Source of the DNA: a virus
Lineage: Duplodnaviria > Caudoviricetes
Length of the DNA: 64,000 nucleotides
Reading direction: 5' to 3' (one strand)
Virus record (IMG/VR): IMGVR_UViG_3300025413_001239
Positions 17,682 through 28,158 of the stretch are shown in pieces; within the stretch, counting starts at the first letter, position 1; each line of letters opens with the position of its first letter. The position numbers and the translations under genes were made by a program. The notes beneath the pieces were generated by a model. It was not told the origin of the DNA and made no database searches. It saw only the letters and a program-made list of their open reading frames with translations.

Positions 17682-18272
17682 ATGTTAGCAATAGTAGAAT
17701 ACATAAAGAAAAATGGTTTAGATAATGCTATCGAAACTTTTAATTTAAAGGCTAAATTATACGAAAATAAGGTTCACATTAAATATGACCAAATAGGTTC
17801 GGATATGTCTCTTAAGGAGGTTCAAGAATGTCGTGGACTTATCCTAGATAGAAATACATTTGATGTAATCTCAATGTCCTTTTTCAAGTTCTTTAATAAC
17901 GGTGAAACTAATGCTGCTAAGATAGACTGGGATACAGCTCATGTATTTGAAAAAGTTGATGGTTGCCTTGATGAAAATACGTTGATAACGACTAATGAAG
18001 GTGTTAAAACGATTAAGGAAATTTGTGAAGAAAAACTTAATTGTAAAGTCTTGTCATATTGGGTTAATAGTAATGAGATTATCTTTGATGATATAATTGG
18101 ATGGTCAATTAAGGATAATATTAATGATTGGTATGAAATTAAATTGGATGACGAAACTTCAATTAAACTGACTGGTAATCATAAGGTTTGGTTACCAAAG
18201 CTAAATTGTTATAGACAAGTTTCAGATTTAACGGAAGCGGATGAATTCTTATTAAGTACTAAAAAAAATTAA
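17682..18272 (+). CDS. T4 Rnl1-like RNA ligase N-part plus N-terminal split intein (17964-18272)
   Basis: ECRGLIL, FFKFFN, EKVDG|CLDENTLI (block A), LTGNHKV (block B). Confidence 0.9.
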   Translation: MLAIVEYIKKNGLDNAIETFNLKAKLYENKVHIKYDQIGSDMSLKEVQECRGLILDRNTFDVISMSFFKFFNNGETNAAKIDWDTAHVFEKVDGCLDENTLITTNEGVKTIKEICEEKLNCKVLSYWVNSNEIIFDDIIGWSIKDNINDWYEIKLDDETSIKLTGNHKVWLPKLNCYRQVSDLTEADEFLLSTKKN

Positions 18273-18658
18273 ATTCTGGCAGCAATGTTTCAAATTTAGA
18301 AAAACGAATTGGTTATACTTTAGATAATTTAAATATTAAATTTGAAACTCAATATTTAATTAATAGGTTTTCTTATGATTATTATATCAATGATATAAAT
18401 TTATTAATAGAGGTTAATGGTGATTTTTGGCGTGCTAACCCAATAAAATATTTACCTGATGATATATTACCATTTCCGAAAAGTATTGAAATTAAAGCCA
18501 AAGATTTATGGTTAAAGGATAAACGAAAGAATGAATTAGCGATTAAAAATGGTTTTAATATAGTTACAATTTGGGAAATGGAGATTAATAATTTAAATAG
18601 TGTTGAACTTGAAATATTTTTGTTAAATAAATTAAATAACTTTATAAATGGAGACTAA
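18263..18658 (+). mobile_element. start-less Vsr/DUF559-like endonuclease domain between the intein halves
   Basis: Manual translation ...YDYYINDINLLIEVNGDFWRAN...KDKRKNELA...IWE; in the -1 frame, no start codon. Confidence 0.7.
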
Positions 18659-19610
18659 CGTAGTTAAAATAAAATCAATTAAAAAAATTGATTCTAATTC
18701 GAAAAGATATGACATACAAACAAAATTAACTAATAACTTTTTCGCTAATAATATTCTAGTTCATAACTCGATGATGCAAGTTTATTGGGACCCTTACGCT
18801 AATAAGTGGTTTGCTGGAACTACAGGTACTGCCGAAGGTGAGGGTGAAGTAAACAATAAGTCTGGGACAACGTTTAATGATTTGTTTTGGCAAGTTGTAA
18901 ACGACAAAGCTCCAAATATGCTTAGGTGGTTAAATAAGTTAAAGCATTGCACGTTTGTGTTTGAATTAACAACACCTTATAACATTGTGGTTAAGCCGCA
19001 TGGTGAATCTAGTATTACACTTTTAGCTGCAAGAGATAATCAAACACTTAAAGAGTTAAGGTATATTGATTTAAAGGTATTAGCAACAACTTTTGGTGTG
19101 CCAATAGTTAAATTATTCGACTTAAAAGCTAAGAACTTTGGTGACTTGATTAGAACATTTGAAGGAATGCCATGGTCTGAAGAAGGTTATGTCGTAATGG
19201 ATGAAAACTTCAATCGTGTTAAAGTTAAGAACCCAGCATACTGCGCTGTACATTTACTAAAAGGTAAATCAGCTGAACATAACATTTTAACAATCGTTAA
19301 GTCTAACGAAATTGAAGAATTCGCATCAACTTTCCCAGAAAGAAAAGAAGAATTATTTAAGCTTAAGGCCAACTACGATTTGTTGAATGCAAAGTTAAAT
19401 TCAGTGTGGGATGAACTAATACCAAGAAAGCCTAAAAACATAACAGCTAATGAAAAGAAGTTGTTTGCGGCTGCTGTATTTGAAGTTTGTAAGAAGCATA
19501 AGGTTGATAATTTCACTGGGTTATTCTTCCAATTGGAAGCTGGTAAAATAGAATCAGTTGATGAGTATTTGATGGAATATGACAATAAAAAGTTGTACCA
19601 TATACTTTAA
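18648..19610 (+). CDS. C-terminal split intein (40 aa) plus RNA ligase C-part
   Basis: RYDIQT..NNFFANNILVHN|SMMQV; FELTTP, EEGYVV, VKVKNPAY. Confidence 0.9.
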   Translation: METNVVKIKSIKKIDSNSKRYDIQTKLTNNFFANNILVHNSMMQVYWDPYANKWFAGTTGTAEGEGEVNNKSGTTFNDLFWQVVNDKAPNMLRWLNKLKHCTFVFELTTPYNIVVKPHGESSITLLAARDNQTLKELRYIDLKVLATTFGVPIVKLFDLKAKNFGDLIRTFEGMPWSEEGYVVMDENFNRVKVKNPAYCAVHLLKGKSAEHNILTIVKSNEIEEFASTFPERKEELFKLKANYDLLNAKLNSVWDELIPRKPKNITANEKKLFAAAVFEVCKKHKVDNFTGLFFQLEAGKIESVDEYLMEYDNKKLYHIL

Positions 19611-19618
19611 AAAATAAA

Positions 19619-19650
19619 TTTGGTGGAATGAAAGTTCCACCTTATTTTTG
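19619..19650 (+). promoter_or_regulatory. promoter with palindromic operator in the spacer
   Basis: TTTG-GTGGAA-tgaaag-TTCCACC-t-TATTTTTG; repeated at 62735 and 63127. Confidence 0.65.
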
Positions 19651-19670
19651 CACTCTAAATAAAATAAACA

Positions 19671-20402
19671 ATGACAATTAAGCAAATTTTCGATGAAATC
19701 GCAAGCGAATCATCTACGAACAAAAAAGTTGAAATCCTTAACAAGTATAAAGACAATGACTTATTAAAGAGGGTTCTGTATTTGGCTAATTCACCTCGTA
19801 TTAAGTTTTATATCAAGCAAATTCCAGAGTATGAATCTGGTCCATTTAATCAAGACTTATCAGTTGGTTTGGATAGCTTGAGTCCATTATCCTTAAGGCA
19901 ATTAACTGGACATGCTGCCATAAATCACTTAGCTGCAACTCTTGAGTTTTGTAGCGAAGATGATGCTTATATCATCGAGCGTATCATCGAAAAGGATTGC
20001 AAAATTAATTTGGGTACTTCACTTATTAATAAAGTATTTCCTAAACTAATTGAAGAAACACCTTACATGGGTGCTAAGGCTTTTGATGAGAAATTAGCTA
20101 AGGCTATATTTAAAGATGGTTCAGCTTTAAGCCAAGTTAAGATGGATGGTCGTTATTGCAATGCTGTAATAGCGAATAATTCAGTTGATATGGAAAGCCG
20201 CCAAGGTGAACCAACGCTATTAGGTGATGCGTATTTTATAAGCGAATTAAATCAGCTTAAGGATTGCGTTTTAAACGGTGAGTTGACAATGAAGTGTATT
20301 GAATCTAAATTTACTTTTAATAAAGACGATTTAATCGAAATTGACGGTATTAAATATACCACCAAAGAAATAAAAAATAAATTTTTACCATTAATTGAAT
20401 AA
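19671..20402 (+). CDS. lig: ATP-dependent DNA ligase, N-terminal half of a split gene
   Basis: Motif I KMDG, motif III LNGEL, then an unrelated tail of about 35 aa. Confidence 0.85.
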   Translation: MTIKQIFDEIASESSTNKKVEILNKYKDNDLLKRVLYLANSPRIKFYIKQIPEYESGPFNQDLSVGLDSLSPLSLRQLTGHAAINHLAATLEFCSEDDAYIIERIIEKDCKINLGTSLINKVFPKLIEETPYMGAKAFDEKLAKAIFKDGSALSQVKMDGRYCNAVIANNSVDMESRQGEPTLLGDAYFISELNQLKDCVLNGELTMKCIESKFTFNKDDLIEIDGIKYTTKEIKNKFLPLIE

Positions 20403-20440
20403 AATGAAAGTTCAACATATTTATAAATAAATATAAATTT

Positions 20441-21337
20441 ATGTATGTAACTTATTTAATTATTTATAATGGTGATAAATTACCACCATTATATATTGGG
20501 TCAACTAGTTTAGAAAAAATAGAGAATGGGTATCGAGGGTCAATCTCATCGAAGAAATATAAAAATATTTTTAAAGAAGAGTTAAAAAGTAATTTTAACC
20601 TATTCGATGTTATCATTCTATCAAAACATGAAACTAGAATTGAAGCATTGGAAATGGAATTAGATTTACAAAAAAAGTTTGATGTGGTAAAATCAAATAA
20701 ATTTATGAATCAATCCTTAGCATCAGTTAATGGCATGTTTGGTATGGATGTAAATGGTAAAAATAACCCAATGTTTGGTAAGAAACATTCAGACAAAACA
20801 AGAAATGTACTAAAGGAAAAACGTGGAAATAATAAACGATATGAATTAACCGATAAACATAAAGAAATTATTAGTAAAACACACGCTAATAAAGTTATTT
20901 CTGAAAACACAAAAAAATTAATTTCAGATAAATTAAAGGGTAAATACATAGGTAAAGATAATCCTATGTTTGGTAAAAAACATAGTGAAGAGACTAAAAT
21001 TAAAATATCTAAAAGTAACAGTGGTAAAATTAGAACAGATGAATTCAAACAAAGAACATCCGAATTAAATAAGGGTAAAATTATTTCTGAAGATACCAAG
21101 ATAAAAATATCTAGGGCTAAAATCGGAAAAAAACGTACTTCTTTTAGTAAAGAGTGGCGAGAAAATATATCTAAAGCTAATAAAGGTAGAATTCTTAGTG
21201 AAGAAACTCGAAAAAAACTGAGTAAACCAAGAGAATCAACAAAATCGGTATGCCCATATTGTGGGTTTATTGGTGGTGGCGGTAATATGAAACGCTATCA
21301 TTTTGAGAATTGTAAAATAAATAAAAATAAGGTATGA
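20441..21337 (+). mobile_element. GIY-YIG/NUMOD3 homing endonuclease in DNA ligase
   Basis: LYIGSTS, NPMFGKKHS repeats, CPYCG...GNMKRYHFENC. Confidence 0.85.
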
Positions 21338-22164
21338 ACATTAATTCTAATGAAATAAAAAAAATAATAGTTAATAACGATGGTAGTCTTGAAATATTGA
21401 CAATGAAGGGTATATCTCGTTACGAGAGCAACGGCATCATAGCATCTCTTATTTCAATTAGAAAGAAAGAATTAGATGGTAAGGATGTACGCAAGGAAAT
21501 ACTTGAGTTTGAAAAAGAACACATGGTTTATCAAACAGCGTTGGATTCAATTATTTTCACTGCTTGGGATATGATAACACTTGAAGAATATACTGCCGCT
21601 AAATCAGTTAGACAATATCGTGAAAGATACGCTGAATTGGTTGCGCTATTAAACGCTAATAATTTTACCAATCTTTCAGTTGTTGAAACAAAAGAGGTTA
21701 AGACTTATGAAGAAGCTATTGAACACTTTCAAGAGGTTTTAGCTAGAGGTGAAGAAGGTACAATACTTAAATCATCTAAGGGTGCTTGGAAAGACGGTAA
21801 ACCTAACCATCAAATTAAGCTAAAAAAAGAAATTAATCTTGATTTAAAAATTGTAGGTTTTAATTACGGAACGGGTAAAAATAAAGACGTTATATCATCC
21901 ATTGATGTTGAGAGTTCAGATGGTTTACTTAAAACGAGCCCGACAGGAATTAATGAATCTATGATGAAATTTATCACAGAAAATCAGGATAAACTTTTGA
22001 ACACTATTATTGAGGTAAAGTGTTCTGGGTTGTCAAAGGATTCAGATGGTAATTATTCTTTGTTACACCCAGTATTCAAATCTTTACGTACTGATGAAAA
22101 GAGTATTGCTGATTCATTAGATGAGTGTATTAAAATAGATAAAGCTGCTATGGGGTTATCTTAA
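21334..22164 (+). CDS. lig: DNA ligase, C-terminal half
   Basis: New 20 aa N-terminus, then LTMKGISRYESNG, FTAWD (IIIa), EGTILK (IV), KLK (V), OB fold. Confidence 0.85.
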   Translation: MNINSNEIKKIIVNNDGSLEILTMKGISRYESNGIIASLISIRKKELDGKDVRKEILEFEKEHMVYQTALDSIIFTAWDMITLEEYTAAKSVRQYRERYAELVALLNANNFTNLSVVETKEVKTYEEAIEHFQEVLARGEEGTILKSSKGAWKDGKPNHQIKLKKEINLDLKIVGFNYGTGKNKDVISSIDVESSDGLLKTSPTGINESMMKFITENQDKLLNTIIEVKCSGLSKDSDGNYSLLHPVFKSLRTDEKSIADSLDECIKIDKAAMGLS

Positions 22165-22330
22165 CGGCGTACCAACCAATATACATTTTATTAGCAATTA
22201 ATACTTCTTTTTTAATTGTATTTCCTTGGTATATTGGTTTACCATTATTGTAATAAGATTTTCTTAATGCCTTCGTTGGTAAACCATTTGTTTTACATAT
22301 TGTTTCAAAATTACCGTTACACATGAACAT
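22148..22330 (-). pseudogene. C-terminal remnant of an endonuclease gene
   Basis: 60 aa fragment resembling terminal DNA-binding repeats, back-to-back with another truncated HNH. Confidence 0.35.
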
Positions 22331-22342
22331 AAGTAAGTTTAT

Positions 22343-22759
22343 TTGTTAAAAAAACAATGGGTGAAGAATAATCATCAAGGTGTAAATGAATATCGTAAAA
22401 ATTACTATTTAAATAATAAAGAAAAAATACTAACAAAAAATAAAGAATGGAATAAAAAAAATGCGCATATTGTATCTTGGCGCACCATTTTGAAATCGCA
22501 ACTTAGGAGAATGGGTAATAGTAAAGAAGGAAAAACAATTGATTTATTAGGGTATTCAGCGTTAGAACTGAAAAACCATATCGAATCCTTATTTACTGAA
22601 GGTATGACTTGGGATAATCATGGTGAATGGCATATTGACCATAAAATACCCGTAACTAAATTTGAAAAAAATGTTCCTCCACATATTGTAAATGCGTTAA
22701 ATAATTTACAACCATTATGGGCGAACGAAAACAGAAGTAAATATAATAAAATTTTATAA
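22343..22759 (+). mobile_element. 5'-truncated HNH endonuclease (WHIDH family)
   Basis: WDNHGEWHIDHKIP...LNNLQPLWA.EN; paralogues at 48347, 52163 and 53784. Confidence 0.75.
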
Positions 22760-22775
22760 ATTAAAAATAATTGAA

Positions 22776-23609
22776 ATGACAAGTAAACGACATATCGGGT
22801 TTCCATCTATTGACCAGTTTAAGACAGTTGTCTCCAACATCAATAGAAGACACAATTTTGTTGGTTTGGATGCCAACGGTGATGCAATTTATGACCCATC
22901 AAAACCTAAGCCAAAGCTTAAGTTTAAGGGTACGGTAAAACTACATGGTACCAACTTCGGTGTATGTTATAATGACATCGCTGGATTATGGGCACAATCT
23001 AGGGAAAATATAATCACCTCCCAAAAAGATAATGCTGGCTCCGCTTTTTTTGTTGAGTCCAATACAGAAGCTTTCTTGGATTTATTTAACCAAGTAAAGA
23101 ATAAGTTAAATTTGGATTTGACTCAAAACACAATTTCAATTTATGGTGAGTGGGCTGGTAAGGGTATTCAAAAGTCTGTTGCGATTTCCAATTTGGATAA
23201 GTCTATGTTTATTTTTGGTGTTAAGATTACACCTCATCCAAAGGATGAAGATGATAAGACACCAGCTTATTGGGTTGATTCGTCATACCTAAGGAACCAT
23301 GAGCATAGGATTTACAATATTGAGGATTATGAGACTTATGAGATTGAAATCGATTTCAATTATCCTCAATTGGCTCAGAATAAGCTAATTGAAATGACTA
23401 TTGCTGTTGAGGATGAATGTCCTGTTGGTAAAGCCTTTGGTCATGTTGCGTTAACAGACAATACAGCATATGAAGAAAATGGTAAAATTTGGTTTGAACG
23501 AGAAAATAGTTTTACAGATATATTAAAAAATCAATTAATTGATGAATTTAGAATACTTCGTAATAAATATCCGATAGGTATAAATAAAATATTTTTTACT
23601 ATTCTATAG
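22776..23609 (+). CDS. Rnl2-family RNA ligase, N-terminal half of a split gene
   Basis: Motif I KLHGTN, QSRE, IYGEWAG; homology ends at ECPVGKAFG (23441), followed by a 55 aa tail. Confidence 0.85.
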   Translation: MTSKRHIGFPSIDQFKTVVSNINRRHNFVGLDANGDAIYDPSKPKPKLKFKGTVKLHGTNFGVCYNDIAGLWAQSRENIITSQKDNAGSAFFVESNTEAFLDLFNQVKNKLNLDLTQNTISIYGEWAGKGIQKSVAISNLDKSMFIFGVKITPHPKDEDDKTPAYWVDSSYLRNHEHRIYNIEDYETYEIEIDFNYPQLAQNKLIEMTIAVEDECPVGKAFGHVALTDNTAYEENGKIWFERENSFTDILKNQLIDEFRILRNKYPIGINKIFFTIL

Positions 23610-23652
23610 TCTTTTATACAATACCCAGATATTTATAAATAAAGATAAATAT

Positions 23653-24648
23653 ATGGAAAAAAAATTTGTTGTGTATCGAACAATTTATTCTGGTGATAGA
23701 TTACCGAAATATTACATTGGTTCAACTAGTTTAGAAAAGATAAAATCTGGTTATTATGGTAGTGTCAGAAGTAAAAAATATAAAGATATTTTCTATTCTG
23801 AATTAAAACTACATCCTAATTTATTTAGTATTGAGATTTTGTCATACCATGATTCTAGGAATGATGCACTTTCAGAAGAATTATTACAACAAATTAAACA
23901 CAATGTTGTTGAGTCGGACGAATACTTTAATGAAAGTTTTGCTAGTATAAATGGTTATTTTGGTAGACATGTCAAAGGCATTAGCCATCCAAAATTTGGT
24001 TTATCAAATTACAAAATTTGGATTAATAAATATGGTTTAGATATTGCTAATGAAAAATTAAAAGTTTATTTAACGAAACAAAGTATATCTAACGGCGGTA
24101 AGAATAATCCAATGTTTGGTAGAAATAAAGAAGTTGTTGCAATTGATGTAAATAGCGGTCTGAAGGTTCGTGTAAATAAAGTCGAGTTTGATAATCGAAT
24201 TGATTTATCTGGTCATACACTTGGATATGTTACGGTTATTGATAAATCAACTGGTGAAAAAATAACGATTAATAAATCTAATTATAACTTAGAAAAACAT
24301 TTACATCATAACACAAATAGAAAACATAATGATACAGTTAAAGCTAAACTCTCAAAAATTAGAAAGGGTTTAATAACCGCTAAAGATTGGGATGGTAATT
24401 ATTATCGGGTGAGTAAAGATGACCCTAGATTTGAATCAGGTGAATTATCAAATATTTTTAGTAAACGTTGGATAGTTGTTGATAATTTTGGTAAGAAATA
24501 TAATGTTATGAATATTAAAAAATTTATGAAAAGTAAAAATATTCATTTTAATGAAAAAATTATAATTAACTCTGATGGTAGTGTAACAAATCATAATGTT
24601 AAAAAATATAATTCATTAAATGGTTGGAATTTAAAATGTTTAGATTAA
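23653..24648 (+). mobile_element. GIY-YIG homing endonuclease in Rnl2, paralogue of 20441
   Basis: GDRLPKYYIGSTSLEKI versus GDKLPPLYIGSTSLEKI. Confidence 0.85.
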
Positions 24649-24660
24649 AAATAAAATAAA

Positions 24661-25143
24661 ATGTATAAAATTAAATTAATTAGTGGTGGTTCGTCTGAAC
24701 ATCAAGAAGAAATTAACAAGGTTATTGATTTGGATATAAATACAATCGGTGAGGGTATTGTTTTCTCTTATTATGCTGAGGATGGTGAGGTTTATCGGTT
24801 CAAATCTAAGGGAACTAAACACTCAAAGGCTTCTAAAGTTACAACACTTAAGCCAGTTGATGATGCTAAAATCAATAACATTATTGAAACTGTTAATAAG
24901 GTTTGTGTTTCTTGGAGACTTGAGCAAATGCTTGACAAGACCTTTGACCTTATGAATGGTGGTACCATTGACATCAAAAGGCTTGGTGATTTTATTAGAA
25001 ATGTTATCGCCGATATTCTTAAAGAAGAATTGGAAACAATAGCTGAGGCTGGCCTTGAACCTAAAGACATTAATGCTAAGGTTTCTGAGAGATGTCGAAA
25101 TTACTTTTTTCAAAAACAAAATGAAGAAGTTGGGCTTGTTTAA
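24661..25143 (+). CDS. Rnl2 RNA ligase, C-terminal half
   Basis: New 28 aa N-terminus, then IGEGIV (motif IV) and FKSKG (motif V). Confidence 0.85.
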   Translation: MYKIKLISGGSSEHQEEINKVIDLDINTIGEGIVFSYYAEDGEVYRFKSKGTKHSKASKVTTLKPVDDAKINNIIETVNKVCVSWRLEQMLDKTFDLMNGGTIDIKRLGDFIRNVIADILKEELETIAEAGLEPKDINAKVSERCRNYFFQKQNEEVGLV

Positions 25144-25202
25144 AGCCTGACTTTTACTTTATTTACTAATTTAAAAGATTTATTATATTAAAATAAAAAA
25201 TT

Positions 25203-25415
25203 ATGATACAAAACAAAGTTTTAAAACTAAAACAAGCCGCAACACTTGCGAACGGTGTTAATTTTCCAGCTGGTCAAGAGATTGAAATAGTTATGGATGT
25301 GGTATATATTGGTGGATTTCCATTACCCCCAAACATGCAAGGTAATATGCTAAACTGGATTAACAATAATCCAAATTTATTCACAGAAACAACAATGAAA
25401 TGGAGCAAAAATTAA
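25203..25415 (+). CDS. hypothetical protein
   Basis: 70 aa ORF. Confidence 0.7.
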   Translation: MIQNKVLKLKQAATLANGVNFPAGQEIEIVMDVVYIGGFPLPPNMQGNMLNWINNNPNLFTETTMKWSKN

Positions 25416-26077
25416 AGACTGGTTATGAGTGGTGTTTAGAGGAAAGACTTAGACTTCTAAGATTATCTCAATGGCCAACACAAGAAGCATTCTTTGCTGA
25501 TTCATATTATGAAGAGAAAATAACCTTTGCTGATTTTTCTGAAAGGATTAAAGAATGTGATGTTAAACCTAATTCTATACCGAGAAAAACTGAGATGTAT
25601 TTGGAATATCGTATGTATGGATTAGTTGCGTATCAATTATCTGGAACGATACATGCTGGTATTCAGTTCGGTCATGCAGTTGTTGAATATGGACAATACG
25701 TAAAGGACATTCCACTATTTGAAGCAGTTTATGATAAATTCGCTAATAAGGATAAGACTTTTATAATTCTTAATGGTGGAACTACTAATGAGAATCCAGA
25801 AAGACTTGGCACTCTTCAACAACATGCGCAAGCTCTAAAGGATAATCTTGTATTATTTGCTGAGTTTAGGGAACCAGATTTAAATGATGCTTTAACAGCT
25901 ATTGTTTTCTTAGTGGATGAAAGAGTCTTTAAAAAAGACTTGTATCCAGATTTTGTTAGAGATGAAAAGGCTAGTTGGTCAAGAAATGAAATTCAATATC
26001 GTGAATGGCTTGAAAAAATTGGGGGTGAAAGAAATGTTTTCTTAAGAAGTTTCTTACCAAACTTTAGATTAGCATAA
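25400..26077 (+). CDS. peptidyl-tRNA hydrolase 2 (PTH2)-like protein
   Basis: AGIQFGHAV, KTFIILNGG, FREPDLNDALTAIVFL. Confidence 0.6.
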   Translation: MEQKLKTGYEWCLEERLRLLRLSQWPTQEAFFADSYYEEKITFADFSERIKECDVKPNSIPRKTEMYLEYRMYGLVAYQLSGTIHAGIQFGHAVVEYGQYVKDIPLFEAVYDKFANKDKTFIILNGGTTNENPERLGTLQQHAQALKDNLVLFAEFREPDLNDALTAIVFLVDERVFKKDLYPDFVRDEKASWSRNEIQYREWLEKIGGERNVFLRSFLPNFRLA

Positions 26078-26114
26078 TATTGATTTATTTTTTAGTATTC
26101 GTATAGTTATTTAT

Positions 26115-26672
26115 ATGGGTATTATTGAAAATCAAGTTTTGGATTATCTCAAAAAGAATTATAGTGTTAAGAACTTTAGGTTTTTACATGAGGTTAATAA
26201 AGAATATGAGTTTGGTGTAAACATTGTTGATTCAAATTGTTTAATATTTGATATAGACTTTGTAACATCTGAAAATACTTTTGTTAAATGGGCTGAAATG
26301 TTTGATTTTAGTCGTAAGGACTTAGAATGGCTCACAGCTTATTTACCAAGAAAACTTAAAACAAAATGGTCTGTTGAATTAGCTCAAGATTTATCATGGC
26401 ATACTACTTTTGATGTTGAATCATTTAATAAGATTTTAGATATGCTAATGCTTGAGTTAAACACTAAAGTATTTGATGATTTAAAACCCAAGATAAAAAC
26501 ACCTGAGGAATTATTGAGCGTTATGAGGTGCATTGGTTATGGGTTAACAGCAACGTATTACGACCCAAACAACTTTTTACCCTTTAAAAATTTTATATCG
26601 TTACCATTCACGGAAGTTTTAAATGAGCGAAAAATTAACCATAACTGGCAAGATTGGGTTCGAACCAATTAA
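26115..26672 (+). CDS. hypothetical protein
   Basis: 185 aa ORF. Confidence 0.7.
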   Translation: MGIIENQVLDYLKKNYSVKNFRFLHEVNKEYEFGVNIVDSNCLIFDIDFVTSENTFVKWAEMFDFSRKDLEWLTAYLPRKLKTKWSVELAQDLSWHTTFDVESFNKILDMLMLELNTKVFDDLKPKIKTPEELLSVMRCIGYGLTATYYDPNNFLPFKNFISLPFTEVLNERKINHNWQDWVRTN

Positions 26673-27144
26673 CAAAACCAAGAAGCATGAATCACAGGCC
26701 TCTTGGAAACGTATTGCCATGGTTTTCTTCGGTGGTGACATTTCTGATTACTATGCTTGGTTTATAAACAAGCGATATAATTTAGAGCTTGTAAAACCGC
26801 TTAGGGGTGGCCATATTTCGTTTATAAATGACCATGTGAGGGATATGATTAAAAATTGTAATTGTGATGAGGAAGAGGCTAATATTGCTTGGGATAACGC
26901 AAAGGCTAAGTGGGATGGAATTTATATTCCAATAACACTTGATTTATCACCTAGAACTAACGAAAAGCACTGGTGGTTAAATATACCAACAGATTCTTGT
27001 GAAATTTTTAATACTATCAGGCGAGAGGTAAATTTAGGACCACCGACATATAGGTACCACATGAGTATTGGTTATGCGAACGAAAAATGGTTGTCACATT
27101 CACGTTACATACATAGTTGTGTAAAATCTGGTTTAATAAAATGA
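26623..27144 (+). CDS. 2H phosphoesterase-like protein
   Basis: Two H-x-S motifs (GHISF, YHMSIG) about 90 residues apart. Confidence 0.55.
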   Translation: MSEKLTITGKIGFEPINKTKKHESQASWKRIAMVFFGGDISDYYAWFINKRYNLELVKPLRGGHISFINDHVRDMIKNCNCDEEEANIAWDNAKAKWDGIYIPITLDLSPRTNEKHWWLNIPTDSCEIFNTIRREVNLGPPTYRYHMSIGYANEKWLSHSRYIHSCVKSGLIK

Positions 27145-27258
27145 ATAAAGTAACACCAATTACACCACAAGAGGCAAAAGATGAAATTGAAAAGAATTTT
27201 CCAGATTTTGTTATTGAAGGTAAAAGAAAATAATAATAATTAAAAAAAAAGAGAAAAA

Positions 27259-27981
27259 ATGAAAAAAACGCTTATCACATTAATGTTAGTATTCAGTGCA
27301 TTACTAACATTTGCACAAAACACAATTACAATTAAGCACACGTATTATACAATTGAAGCGTATGATACCGCACACAGGTCTGAACTTATTGGGTTTTATA
27401 TTCAGACTAAAGAGCATGCTCTTATATCGATGGATAAGACAAGTGCTATTGACAGGTCATCAGTTGGTGTTTTTAAACAAGACCCTTTAATTCCACTTTA
27501 TATCCAAGAAATAGTAACTAATGATGTTTATTCTGATTGGAATAAAGCTCATAAGAATCAAAAAGTAGATAAGGGGCATCTAGTACCTTATTCAGCGATG
27601 GATTTTAATTTAACAGCAGCTTTAGAAAGTATGTATCTTGAAAATACATGCCCACAGGCACCCAGATTCAACGAACATCAATGGGAACAAGTTGAAATGT
27701 ACGTTCTAAAGACTGTATCACCACAATATGGTGATGTTAAAGTTTGGACTGGCGTTTTAATTGATGATAAAAAAGCGTTAAGGATTGGGCCATTATATAT
27801 GCCAGATTTTTATTGGAAAGTTATTGAGTATGTAAAGGATGGTAAAAAGGTTCAAGAAGCTTGGCTTGGCGTTAACAATTGGAGTAACGCTGATACTGAC
27901 CCAACACACATCGCAACTAGTGTCGCAGCTGTAAAACAAAAGGTTTCACAGTATTATCCAAAAATAAAGTTGGATTTCTAA
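27259..27981 (+). CDS. secreted DNA/RNA non-specific endonuclease (NucA/EndoG family)
   Basis: Signal peptide; DKGHLVP, NTCPQ..FN..QW, VWTG. Confidence 0.85.
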   Translation: MKKTLITLMLVFSALLTFAQNTITIKHTYYTIEAYDTAHRSELIGFYIQTKEHALISMDKTSAIDRSSVGVFKQDPLIPLYIQEIVTNDVYSDWNKAHKNQKVDKGHLVPYSAMDFNLTAALESMYLENTCPQAPRFNEHQWEQVEMYVLKTVSPQYGDVKVWTGVLIDDKKALRIGPLYMPDFYWKVIEYVKDGKKVQEAWLGVNNWSNADTDPTHIATSVAAVKQKVSQYYPKIKLDF

Positions 27982-28158
27982 AATAAATCCATATATTTGC
28001 ATAAATGATTTGGGTAATTTAAATTAGTATTGAGATTGAAACATTAAAAAAACTAAGGTTTATTGAGCGAAAATCAATAAGGGAAATAATGAGTATAATG
28101 AAAATAAATCAAACTAAATATTACCATTATATCAATTTATAATTAAATAAAAAATAAA

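Noticed and set aside
20292-20402. Split intein in DNA ligase (tail begins K-C-I)
   Set aside because: No block A/B pattern, and the C-half lacks a His-Asn/Cys-Ser-Thr junction
20283-21408. Ribosomal bypass between the matched 12-bp repeats
   Set aside because: The 1.1 kb gap far exceeds known hops, and the C-half has its own start
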